A stretch of DNA of 64,000 nucleotides, taken from positions 98,580,001 through 98,644,000 of the forward strand of contig OX597822.1 of assembly GCA_951406725.2 (NCBI GenBank). The letters run 5' to 3'. The position numbers and the translations under genes are program-made. Under the pieces are notes generated by a model. It made no database searches. It was not told the origin of the DNA and worked only from the letters and a program-made list of their open reading frames with translations. Shown here one piece after another: positions 25,217 to 37,653 of the stretch; position 1 is the first letter of the stretch; every line of letters begins with the position of its first letter. The stretch comes from Octopus vulgaris (taxonomy: Eukaryota).

Positions 25217-25603
25217 GAAGAAATTACAACCGTGTTTCGTGGTCTTCTACCACAACAGCTCCTTTATAGGATCCAGTTAGCTCAAGGCATCATCAGGAGG
25301 AACCACGTCCGGTTTCGGCCCCTACTCCTCTAGCGTTTTGACGTGGCGCCCCCCCCCCTTTCGGAGGTGTCTTCAACTCTGGTGTTGGGTGCATGTCTTC
25401 TTTCCTCTTTCTTCTGTTCCCTGGCCTCTTCGATGTATCGTCAGCGAGTGTCAGCCGGTGACTGACTGACTTGTCAAAGCTTTCCCTTTAAATACCTGCC
25501 GCTAGGCTCCAGCAGGCATCCCCAGCAAGTTGTCACGTGACACTGTCTCACCTTAACTGACTAGTGAAGGCGCGTAGTCTTAGCCCGCGCATTCTCTAAA
25601 TTC
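25217..25603. mobile_element. GC-rich 387-bp insertion flanked by an about 51-bp direct repeat
   Basis: TCACTTTTTCC...GCTACGCTTTCCATG at 25165-25216 and 25604-25654. Confidence 0.75.
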
Positions 25604-26741
25604 TCACTTTTTCCTTTTCTTTTATGAAGATGTATTTATGCTACGCTTTCCATGTTTAAATTCACAGCAAATAGATTGATAACTTCAAATTTTGTATCCG
25701 CAGTCATTTACTTAATGAATTATATCGTTAAAGGTTAAAGTTTTCGTAGTAATAGTAGACCACCGTTTCTGTAATAACAGTTTGAAATAAATGGAAAACC
25801 CTTACATAATGTAGAGACCAACTGTGCCGCTGTCCTCTACTGAGTCTTTTGATGCTAGGGTGACATCGAAATTATAGTATGTTATTCAATTTTTGATCTC
25901 GTATGATAGGATAGAATATAATATGGTAGAAGGTACTTATCTGTAGTATACTTTCAACATTAGAGTTCTTGGTAAGTATAGTGTACTAAGAATGGTGCCA
26001 AGCTTTCAAGAATATTGGTTAAAATATTTTTGACGTAATAATGATGCATATCAATCTGTAAAAAAATGCTAATTTTCTTTGTTGTCCATCATTTAAAACC
26101 AAAATGTTGCCGAGCAAACATCCTTCCACAGCTGTAGAAGGAAATCTCTTTTTTATAGAGGGCACAAATTTTATTATTACTATTGAGTGAGTGAGAGAGC
26201 GTGCTATCAAAGTGACACTGGGGTACAAATATACGAAGCCCAATATACCCAACATGACTACCCATCAGATAAGTGTATGCCAGTCACATGCATCACAACC
26301 ACATGTACGCAACATGATAATCTCATATCAAGATAATCAGTGCATGACCTTGCAGGTGGTGGCCCAGTTAGAATTTCGTTCAGCTCGAGTAGCCCATACC
26401 ACTCAAAAAGTGCCTGAATAAGGGCTATTTAAGGATGTTGAACGACACACCCATGTTTCCAGAGGTGAATTATTCAAACCCCAAATAATTCCTCTCAATA
26501 CATAGCTACGATACCCCACCACTACTTCTCCTCGTGGTCAGATATACACATATTGTTAAACACTAAGAGTAATGCTCGATTGGTTAAGGTCAAACAACTG
26601 ACAAGCAAATCTTTGGTATTGAGCAGAATATTTGTTGTTGCCCATCTTTTATACCAAGACGAATCATGTACATGATAACATTTCCAATCAGTTAAGATGA
26701 GAAGCCATGAGATTCACTGCCTGGTATTGCATCAAGGCGTT

Positions 26742-26990
<249 letters not shown>

Positions 26991-27575
26991 TAAGGCGGCG
27001 AACTAGCGGAATAGTTAGCACGTCGGTCAAAATGCTTGGCGGCATTTCCTCTGCTTGACTTTCTGAGTTCAAATTCTGGTGCGGTCGATTTTGCTTTCAG
27101 GGTTGATGAAATAAGTGCCTCCCACACCATAATTTGTGTCCTTCTGCCTATAAAAGAAAGGAATGTTATTAAGGCGGTGAGCTGCTAGAAACGTTAGCAC
27201 GCCGGGCAAAATGCTTAGCGGTATTTCGTCTATCTTTACGCTCTGAGTTCCAATTCCACCGAGGTCGACTTCGCCTTTCATCCTTTCGTGGTCGATACAT
27301 TAAGTACCAGTTGTGTACTAATCGACTGGCCCATTCCCCCAGAAAATTTCGGGCCTTGTGCCTAGAGTAGAAAAGAATCGATAGGGCGCCGGGTGAAACG
27401 CTTGGCAGCATTGCGTCCGTCTTCACGTTCTGAGTTCAAATTCCGCTTAGGTCGACTTTGCCTTTTAATCATTTCGGGTTGGATAAAATAAATATCATTT
27501 GAGTACTGGGATCTATGTAATCGACTATTTCCCTTCCTCAATTTTCAGGCCTTGTGCCTGTAATAGAAAGGATTA
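26991..27575 (+). mobile_element. Three head-to-tail SINE family B copies
   Basis: Heads at about 26992 and 27171, truncated head at about 27385; each has CTGAGTTC(A/C)AATTC..GGTCGA. Confidence 0.8.
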
Positions 27576-27589
27576 TTATTATTATCATT

Positions 27590-27945
27590 ATATGAAAACT
27601 CTCAGCATATTTTGTTGGGTATGATGGAAAGCGTCAGCTGTCCAGAACCAGGAAACTAAGGTGACACTTGTTTACTGGTCATCCTTCAAGAACCCTGCAA
27701 AGAATTCTTGCAGTTCCAACTGACACTGATTTTTGTAGATGTTCTACCTTTAAACTTGCGCCAATCTTTTTGACCCATGATGGTAGTTGAGTGCTGATAC
27801 TTCCAAGTGCATCAGTTACTATTGGTATCATGTCAACTCTTTTCATTGACAACCTTCTTATTTCTCACTTCAAATCGTCATAGTTGTTTATTTTTTCTTC
27901 TTCTTTCACACTGATAATGTTGTCAACGAGGCATGCTATGCCGAT
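27590..27945 (-). mobile_element. 3' fragment of another Dong/R4-like LINE
   Basis: Minus strand ..KEEEKINNYDDLK*EIRRL..IPIVTDALGSI..HLQKSVSVGTARILCRVLEG*; (ATT)n at the 3' junction. Confidence 0.7.
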
Positions 27946-28056
27946 TATCATAATGTTCTTTTGTCATACAGTTCTATATTTAAGAGACGAAGAATTATGT
28001 GCATTATTTACATTGTTTACATTTGACGGATATTTGTCCTCATCTTGTTTGTTGTT

Positions 28057-28102
28057 AACACAACGTTTCGACTGATATAACCCCCAGCCTTCATCAGATG
28101 AC
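28057..28102 (-). ncRNA. Minimal type I hammerhead ribozyme motif (Penelope-type)
   Basis: Minus strand GTCAT-CTGATGA-A-GGCTG-GGGGTTATAT-CAGTC-GAAA-CG-TT-GTGTT; canonical core, 5-bp stem II, weak stem I. Confidence 0.65.
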
Positions 28103-28365
28103 CTGGGAAAATTTCGAACCTGGGTTCTCATTCATAAGGTATTTTTCGATGTTGCTATCGTCATCATGATCATGATCATGATCATCATCATTATTATTAT
28201 TATTGCTATTCATCCATAGCAACCGGTCCTCTGCATCTGAATTGGCGTTCACATCTCTTGCAAATTAACCGTACATTTTCTTTTCCTTCCATACAATTTT
28301 CTTTTTTTGTGTTCATCGTCATCTATATGGCTTGGCGTTTTAACTCACAGACGAGGTGTGTTTTT

Positions 28366-28682
28366 ATGTTGCTACCAACCAGTATTTTTATCGAGACACT
28401 ATCTCTATCAAGGTAGTCCGCTAAGGCCGCAGGGGCCTTGCTTCCTTGGTTTTGAACTCAGAGTGGTCCTTCTCCTAGGCTGCTTGCCACCCAAAGTTAT
28501 CAAGTACAGCCGTCCCGGAGCACTGGTTATTTGAAGGAGCCAGATACTTGCCTTTTCTCACTAGTCTCCTGTTGGTTTGGCGAAGGAGTCGGGCTTGACT
28601 GTCAGAGGACAGGTCTTGCGCAAGCCATTGGAGCATTTCGTAAGTAATGGGCGTTCAGCTCCCCTTATCACCACGGGATTGA
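28366..28682 (-). mobile_element. RTE-clade 5'-UTR-derived fragment
   Basis: Minus strand GGCAAGCAGCCTAGGAGAAGGACCACTCTGAGTTCAAAACC resembles the conserved RTE 5'-UTR motif as I recall it. Confidence 0.5.
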
Positions 28683-28915
28683 CAGAAAAGAAAGAAACAG
28701 AAAAATATATTTAAAAAACGTAAAAATCTAATTTATCTAATTTATCTCTCAGATAATCTAATTTATCTCCCAGATGCATTTTACCTTTTATTTTTTACTA
28801 ATGATACATGCAAACACAATTTTAATTACATTTTCGGGGACAATTTGCCCTTATATATCATTTTTTATCATTTCCCCCTCTTTTCTTCTTTCCCGCTCGC
28901 AACCTATTCCATTTG

Positions 28916-28944
<29 letters not shown>

Positions 28945-28957
<13 letters not shown>

Positions 28958-29464
28958 CTGAAGTTCGAAAAAAATTTTCGTCTCATTTGGGGATGAGGTC
29001 GGATTAGCTCCAACATTTACATGAACATGTAAAAAGAGGCGAGAGCTGCATGTAGCCCATCTTTAGAACTTTCATTTGCATGGTCAATCGTCGAAAAATT
29101 ACCAAAATAAGTACTAAATTTTACAAAGAAATCCTTTTTCTCCTTATTTTTAATCGCTCAAATAGTGGCACGTACAAGAAGCATGTGTGCTTTCCGTTGT
29201 CACTGCCTGATATTTATGATTGATCTTTCAAAATATTTCTTTCTCAAATTACTCAAGATCTTTTGTTGTTTATAAATGGGGGAGAGAGAGATAGAAAAAG
29301 ATAGAGAGTAAGAGAAAGCGAGAGAGAGTCCGAGAGAACGGAAGAATAAGAGAGTGGGGAAGTGAGAAAGGAAGGAGAGAGAAACAAAGAGAGAGAATGT
29401 GATAAGAAACAGAAAGTAACATCCACACCCTCACCCACGGGTAGAGCGGGTCACCTTAAGCTAG
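28945..29464 (+). mobile_element. Probable non-autonomous Helitron
   Basis: Starts (TA)n-TAAAGCTGAAGTT, ends with GC-rich ACCCACGGGTAGAGCGGGT followed by AAGCTAG. Confidence 0.5.
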
Positions 29465-29466
29465 CA

Positions 29467-29542
<76 letters not shown>

Positions 29543-30018
29543 TGTATATATATATTAAAAACTACATCTCTTTATCCCTAAATTTTAAAAATTTATTTTG
29601 TGTTTCTTACAAATCTACCTATATTAACCAAAATCTTACAGATCATATACTATTATACTTACAGTAATTCTAAGTGCACAATAATCACTTCCGCAAAATG
29701 CACACACTCTCAAAGATATAGTTTATATATCTTTTTGATAATGCATATAAATACATTCATAGTATTTACATCTTTTTCTCTTTATTAGTATTAATTTTAT
29801 TTATACTTATCTATCATTATAATTATCATTTGTACTTCTAACGTTTTTCAACTTTATATTTACATCTATTAATATAATTAATGAATTATACATTATATTC
29901 TATAGTTTACTTATAAAACTTATCAACTTTATACATTTACGTATGTCATATATTATATATATTATTATACAAAGGTATATTGATGTACATATGTGTGTAT
30001 ATATCTGCATATGCACGC

Positions 30019-30091
<73 letters not shown>

Positions 30092-30124
30092 TTTTTCCAG
30101 TTTCAGCTCTTGAGCTGTGCATGC

Positions 30125-30243
30125 TGGGGCACCGCCATATATCATATAGAGCTTTTGGTGTTTTCGCTCAATAAACACACACAACGCCCGGTATCGATCC
30201 TGCGACCGCAGTCGCTGCCCTAACCACTAGGCCATTGCGCCTC
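30125..30243 (-). mobile_element. SINE family C head fragment
   Basis: Minus strand GAGGCGCAATGGCCTAGTGGTTAGGGCAGCG...GAGCGAAAACACC. Confidence 0.75.
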
Positions 30244-30264
30244 TATATCATATATCATATACAT

Positions 30265-30451
<187 letters not shown>

Positions 30452-30568
30452 ATTTCGTAGTTTCTGTCCCTTTTTAATACATTAGTATACAAAATATATA
30501 TTGGTAAAAACAGTAAGATAAAAGAAAGATATCTCAATATTATGTAAATAGAGGAATTTATCTGTAAA

Positions 30569-30606
<38 letters not shown>

Positions 30607-31344
30607 TATGTATGTGTATATATATATTTATATATGTGTGTGTGCGTGTGTTCGTGTATTCATGCATACAATCATATATACATCCATACTCACACACATA
30701 CACACACACACATATATATATATATTTGTTATGTGCATTTGGTCGTGTGTATGTTTGTGTGTGCGTCCGTTTTGGATGTGTGTCTGTTTCTATAAGAATG
30801 TATGCGTCACTAATATCTGGCAAGATAATTGGTTTGTGGTCAGCAAAATGATTCGTAATAGGTTTGTGTTTTGACGTTTACTGTCGTCGTCTTTAAAATA
30901 AACAAAAGTTAATACATTCCACTCTTGATGTTCAGAGGTAGTTTTAAAACAAATGCTTCCGGGATATTTTAAAAATTTGGTTGTTAAAGTAAAAGAACAA
31001 CAATAACAACGAATAGTTAAAAAACTAAACATGTTAAGAGTTTTAGAGTACAGTAGGAAAACAACTGAATGAGGCAGCTGTGCAAATGGATGTCAGTACA
31101 AACGCATAGTGGTATACATATATATGCATACATACATATGCACATATATATATATATGTGCATATGTATATGCATATATGGATATATATATATATATATA
31201 TATGCATATATGCATATATATATATATATACATTATATATATATATATATATATATATGCATAAATATTTCTCTCTATATATAAATGCTTATATGGATAT
31301 ACGTACGTAGATCTATCTACATGACTATCTACTGATATTTATAT

Positions 31345-31756
31345 AGGCGCAGGAGTGGCTCTGTGGTAAGTGGTTTGTTTACCAACCACATGGTTCCGAG
31401 TTCGGTCCCACTGCGTGGCACCTTGGGCAAGCGTCTTCTACTATAGCCTTGGGCTGACCAAAGCCTTGTGAGTGAATTTGGTAGATAGAAACTGAAAGAA
31501 GCCCGTCGTATATATATAAATATATATATATATGCGTGTGTGTGTTTGTGTGTCTGTGTTTGTCCCCCTAGCATTGCTTGACAACCGATGCTGGTGTGTT
31601 TATGTCCCCGTTACTTAGCGGTTCGGCAAGAGTGACCGACAGAATAAGTACTGGGCTTACAAATGAAAAAGTTCCGGGGTCGAGTTGCTCGATTAAAGGC
31701 GGTGCTCCAGCATGGCCGCAGTCAAATGACTGAAACAAGTAAAAGAGTGAAGAGTA
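31345..31756 (+). mobile_element. SINE family A
   Basis: Homology to family A. Confidence 0.9.
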
Positions 31757-31778
31757 ATATATATATACATACACATAT

Positions 31779-32165
31779 CTTTTACTTTTTTCACTCATTT
31801 GACTGTATCCGTGTTGGAGCACCGACTTTAGTCGAGCAAATCGACAATTATACTTTGTAAGCCTAGAATTTCTCTATCGGTCTCTTTTGCCGAACCGCTA
31901 AGTTACGGGGACGTAAACACACCAGCATCGGTTGTCAAGCGATGTTGGGGGGGACAAACACAGACACACAAACATATATATACATACACACATATATATA
32001 TATATACATATATACGCCGGGCTTCTTTCAGTTTCCATCTACCAAATCCACTCATAAGTATTTGGTCGGCCCGAGGATATAGTAGAAGACACTTGCCCCA
32101 GGCGCCACGCAGTGGGACTGAACCCGGAACCTTGTGGTTCGAAAAGAAGCTACCTACCACACAGT
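31779..32165 (-). mobile_element. SINE family A, inverted partner of 31345-31756
   Basis: Homology to family A on the opposite strand. Confidence 0.88.
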
Positions 32166-32258
32166 CTCTTCTAACCAAGAAACAAAGTGTTTCAGTTAAG
32201 TATTCTGCAATGTAAGTGGATTGGATAGACTCTGTAGGAATGTAGGCTGTGAATTTAT

Positions 32259-32311
<53 letters not shown>

Positions 32312-32352
32312 CATACATATATACATATATATACATATATATATATACATAC

Positions 32353-32442
<90 letters not shown>

Positions 32443-32446
<4 letters not shown>

Positions 32447-33001
32447 AGTCAGAATGCGATAAAATAAAATTAATTATTATCGCTGGTGTTTCTAGCACAG
32501 GCCATATATTATTCATATATAAGTACACTAAAAGGCGAAGTATGTACTAGAAACACAGAAGGTTGATAAATTTAGTGAAATGAAAATAAAAACTTTTACT
32601 AACTCGGTTCTTCTTAGACTGCAGTTTCGCCTATTTCAGCAATAAAAATAATATTTATTTACTCAGGTAGGCTCTTCAGTAAGAATCCTGTTATTCTTAA
32701 ATCGCAACTCGATAGACACATGTGCGTCTACTAATTTGCTCTTTCTAACTAATCAGATCACTGCGCAGACGCAGAACGTACCTGACAAACTAGGGATTTC
32801 TGGTATATAGTCTAACGCTCAAAATTTATCGAGAAATATGTAAACAAAGTCAGAATGCGATAAAATAAAATTAATTATTATCGCTGGTGTTTCTAGCATA
32901 GGCCATATATTATTCATATATAAGTACACTAAAAGGCGAAGTATGTACTAGAGACACAGAAGCTTGATAAATTTAGTGAAATGAAAATAAAAACTTTTAC
33001 T
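32443..33001 (-). mobile_element. Retrozyme-like non-coding element, 1.4 copies of a 401-bp unit
   Basis: 32446-32600 is repeated at 32847-33001 (period 401 bp); contains a type I HHR; abuts (TA)n. Confidence 0.7.
32611..32685 (-). ncRNA. Type I hammerhead ribozyme, canonical core
   Basis: Minus strand TTCTTA-CTGAAGA-GCCTA-(34 nt)-TAGGC-GAAA-C-TGCA-G-TC-TAAGAA: 6-bp stem I, 5-bp stem II, palindromic tetraloop on stem III, GUC site. Confidence 0.85.
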
Positions 33002-33562
33002 TTGGTGAAAATTTTCGTAAACTATCTAGGTAAAATTTCCGTAAAAAATTTTCGAAAACCTTTTGGTGAAAATTTTCGAAAAATGTTTGGGTAAATTTTC
33101 TAAAAATTTTTGGATAAAATTTTCCGTGAAAATTTTCTAAAAATTTTTTGGTTAAACTTTCGGTGAAAATTTTCGAAAAATATTTGGGCTTAAATATTTG
33201 GGTCAAATTTTCGAAAAATTTTTGGTGAAAATTTTACCCAAAAAGTTCTCGAAAGTTTTCACCGACAATTTTCACCAAAAATTTTTTGAAAATTTTTCGA
33301 GAAAGTTTTTAGAAAATTTTTAGAAAATTTTACCCAAAAATTTTTAGAAAATTTTCACCAAAAATTTTCTCCAAAATTTTTCGAAAATTTCCCAAAATTT
33401 TTCGAAAAAGATTTTTTTTACGAAAATTTTGACCAAACATTTTCAAAAATTTTTCGAAAATTTGACCCAAATATTTAAGCCCAAATATTTTTCGAAAATT
33501 TTCACCGAAAGTTTAACCAAAAAAATTTTTGGAAAGTTTGCACCGCAAATTTTATCCAAAAA
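33002..33562. repeat. A/T-tract satellite with about 11-12-bp subunits (TTTTCGAAAAA, TTTTGGTGAAA)
   Basis: Directly visible; orientation flips near 33235. Confidence 0.9.
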
Positions 33563-33612
33563 ATATATATATATATATATATACAATAATATGTTACATT
33601 ACTCGGTAGGCA

Positions 33613-33675
33613 AGATAAAACTCTGAGTTTCAGATGCCGAAGTGGAAATCCACAACACCATCTCTTCGGTTATCT
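33613..33675 (-). ncRNA. Type I hammerhead-like motif (U4C variant)
   Basis: Minus strand AGATAA-CCGAAGA-GATG-(22 nt)-CATC-T-GAAA-C-TCAGA-G-TT-TTATCT; perfect 6-bp stem I. Confidence 0.6.
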
Positions 33676-33753
33676 GGCTATTTGAAAACGCTATGAAAAA
33701 ATACCGTTAAATAAAGGGAAATTACTGTGTTATAACTCTGCTTGCCTGCGTTA

Positions 33754-34636
33754 AAGTTTTCGTGGAAAATTTTGGAAAATTTTTGGGTGAAAATTTTCGG
33801 TGAAAATTTTCGACAACTTTTTGGGTAAAAGTTTCGAAAAATTGTTGGCGAAAATTTTCGAAAAATTTTTGGTGAAAATTTTCTAAAAATTTTCGGTGAA
33901 AATTTCTAAACATTTTTGGGTAAAATTTTCTGAAACTTTTGGGGTAAAATTTTCTAAAAACTCGGAAAATTTTGGGGGAAAATTTTCAAAAAATTTTTGG
34001 TTAAAATTTTCTGTGAAAATTTTTTTAAATTTTTGGATAAAATTTTCGGTGCAAAATTTCGAAAAATTTTTTTGGTTAAACTTTTGGGGTAAAATTTTCT
34101 AAAAACTAGGAAAATTTTTGGTGAAAATTTTCGGTGAAAACTTTCGAAAAATTTTTGGAGAAAATTTTCTGTGAAAATTTTTTTAAATTTTTGGATAAAA
34201 TTTTCGGTGCAAAATTTCGAAAAATTTTTTTGGTTAAACTTTTGGGGTAAAATTTTCTAAGAACTAGGAAAATTTTTGGGGAAAATTTTCAAAAAATTTT
34301 TGGTGAAAATTTTCGGTGAAAACTTTCGAAAAATTTTTGGAGAAAATTTTCTGTGAAAACTTTTGAAAAATTTTTGGAGAAAATTTTCGGTGCAAACTTT
34401 CGAAAAATTTTTTTGGTTAAACTTTCGGTGAAAATTTTCGAAAAATATTTGGGCTTAAATATTTGGGTCAAATTTTCGAAAAATTTTTGGTGAAAATGTT
34501 TGGTGAAAATTTTCGAAAAATTTTTGGGTAAAATTTTCTAAAAACTTTTTCGAAAAATTTTTGGGGAAATTGTCGAAAAATTTTTGGTGAAAATTTGACC
34601 CAAATATTTAAGCCCAAATATTTTTCGAAAATTTTC
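33754..34636. repeat. A/T-tract satellite block
   Basis: Same subunits and marker AAATATTTGGGCTTAAATATTTGGGTC. Confidence 0.9.
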
Positions 34637-34644
34637 TTACGCGC

Positions 34645-34709
<65 letters not shown>

Positions 34710-34742
34710 CGCACACACACACACATACACATATATGCATAC

Positions 34743-34781
<39 letters not shown>

Positions 34782-35526
34782 CACATATATATATACATAT
34801 AATATAGACATCTGTTCATATAAATTTATGTGTAATATAAATATATATTTTTATGTATGGCATGTGTATATATAGATAACATATATAAGGTTATTTCATC
34901 TTGTTTATCTATTTCTGTATTTATACATGTTCATACACATACGTATATATACATTGATATGAATGTATATATTTATGCATGATATATTTACACCCGTTCA
35001 CCTCTACACACGCGCGTGCAATATATACATATATATATATACACATGCATCAATATATATGCACATATGTACAACCATTTTTAAGAACAGTCGGGAGTTT
35101 CTCATAAGCGAATATTTCCTTGTAATACGTTTATTGTTTTTGCTAATTGGTTTATGTGCTTATACACACATGCAAAGAGAGAAGCAGCCTATCATCCCAA
35201 CCCTAGTGCTTGATTCCGTGGAACGTTAAGGTTCCGTAAAGATGACGGAGCGAGTTTCACCGGCTGGTACTTGTTTACAGAGTAGACTTGCAGAGAAACG
35301 TGAAATGAAATGTTTCGCTTAAGGCCAATATGCATCACCTGCTCCAGGAATTAAACTCACGATTTTATGCCCAACAGTCGATCATGTTAACCATTAAAAC
35401 ACAGAAATAGATAAACAAGATGAAATAATCTTATATATGTTATCTATATATACACATGCCATACATAAAATATATATTTATATTACACATACATTTATAT
35501 GAACAGATGTCTATATTATATGTATA

Positions 35527-35584
<58 letters not shown>

Positions 35585-35617
35585 CAGATATGTGTATGTG
35601 TGTGTGTGTGCGTATAC

Positions 35618-35648
<31 letters not shown>

Positions 35649-35660
35649 CGTGTGCGCGTA

Positions 35661-36700
35661 AGAAAATTTTCGAAAAATATTTGGGCTTAAATATTTGAGT
35701 CAAATTTCCGAAAAATTTTTGGTGAAAATTTTTGGTGAAAATTTTCGAAAAATTTTTGGGTAAAACTTTCGGTGAAAATTTTCTAAAAATTTTTGGGTAA
35801 AACTTTCGGTGAAACTTTTCAAAAAATTTTTGGGTAAAATTTTCGGTAAAAATTTTGTAAAAATTTTTGGGTAAAGTTTTCGGTGAAAATTTTCTAAAAA
35901 TTTTTGGGTAAAATTTTCTAAAAACTTTTTCGAAAAATTTTTGGAGAAAATTTTTGGTGAAACTTTCTCGAAAAGGTTTTGGGGAAAATTTTCGGTGAAA
36001 ACTTTCGAAAACTTTGTGGTGAAAATTTTCGAAAAATTATTGGTGAAAACTTTCGAAAAATTTTTGGAGAAAATTTTCTGTGAAAATTTTTAAAAATTTT
36101 GGGATAAAATTTTCGGTGCAAACTTTCGAAAAATTTTTTTGGTTAAATTTTCGGTGAAAATTTTCGAAAAATATTTGGGCTTAAATATTTGGCTCAAATT
36201 TTCGAAAAATTTTTGGTGAAAATTTTCGAAAAATTTTTGGGTAAAATTTTCTAAAAACTTTTTCGAAAAATTTTTGGGGAAATTTTCGAAAAATTTTTGG
36301 AGAAAATTTTTGGTGAAAATTTTCTAAAAATTTTTGGGTAAAATTTTCTAAAAATTTTTGGGTAAAATTTTCTAAAACTTTTCGGGTAAAATTTTCTAAA
36401 AACTTTCTCGAAAAGTTTTTGGGGAAAATTTTCAAAAAATTTTTGGAGAAAATTGTCGGTGAAAACTTTCGAGAACTTTTTGGGTAAAATTTTGGAAAAA
36501 TTGTTGGTGAAAATTTTCGGTGAAAATTTTCGAGAAATTTTTGGGGAAAATTTTCCGTGAAAATTTTCTAAAAAGTTTTCAGGAAAATTTTCGAAAAAGT
36601 TTTGGGTAAAACTGTCGGTTAAAATTTTCTAAAAATTTTTGGGTAAAATTTTCGGTGAAAATTTTGTAAAAATTTTTGATTAACATTTTCGAAAATTTTT
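35661..36700. repeat. A/T-tract satellite block
   Basis: Same subunits. Confidence 0.9.
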
Positions 36701-36834
36701 GTCTTACTCACTTACGTTCTAAATTTTGAGAACAATCCTTTCGTAGTAATAAGACCATAGGGGGTCTACTTCTAGCATAATGGATGCCGACTTAGTGGTC
36801 ATCCCACTTACATGTGTACATATATATACATATG

Positions 36835-36866
<32 letters not shown>

Positions 36867-36888
36867 TAGTATGCTTGAAGTATAAAAG

Positions 36889-37573
36889 CGTGTTTTAATG
36901 GTTAATATGATCGACTGTTGGGCATAAAATCGTGAGTTTAATTCCTGGAGCAGGTGATGCATATTGGCCTTAAGCGAAACATTTCATTTCACGTTTCTCT
37001 GCAAGTCTACTCTGTAAACAAGTACCAGCCGGTGAAACTCGCTCCGTCATCTTTACGGAACCTTAACGTTCCGCGGAATCAAGCTCTAGGGTTGGGATGA
37101 TAGGCTGCTTCTCTCTTTGCATGTGTGTATAAGCACATAAACCAATTAGCAAAAACAATAAACGTATTACAAGGAAATATTCGCTTATGAGAAACTCCCG
37201 ACTGTTCTTAAAAATGGTTGTACATATGTGCATATATATTGATGCATGTGTATATATATATATGTATATATTGCACGCGCGTGTGTAGAGGTGAACGGGT
37301 GTAAATATATCATGCATAAATATATACATTCATATCAATGTATATATACGTATGTGTATGAACATGTATAAATACAGAAATAGATAAACAAGATGAAATA
37401 ACCTTATATATGTTATCTATATATACACATGCCATACATAAAAATATATATTTATGTTACACATAAATTTATATGAACAGATGTCTATATTATATGTATA
37501 TATATATGTGTATATATATATGTATATATATATATATATATGTATGCATATATGCGTATGTGTGTGTGTGCGT

Positions 37574-37653
<80 letters not shown>

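Noticed and set aside
34963-35229. Duplicated 88-aa ORF as a gene
   Set aside because: Low-complexity start and no motifs; the identity is due to the inverted duplication.
33002-36700. CRISPR array or KIF/ENF-rich proteins
   Set aside because: No constant repeat with unique spacers, eukaryotic context, no cas genes; the ORFs are satellite translations.
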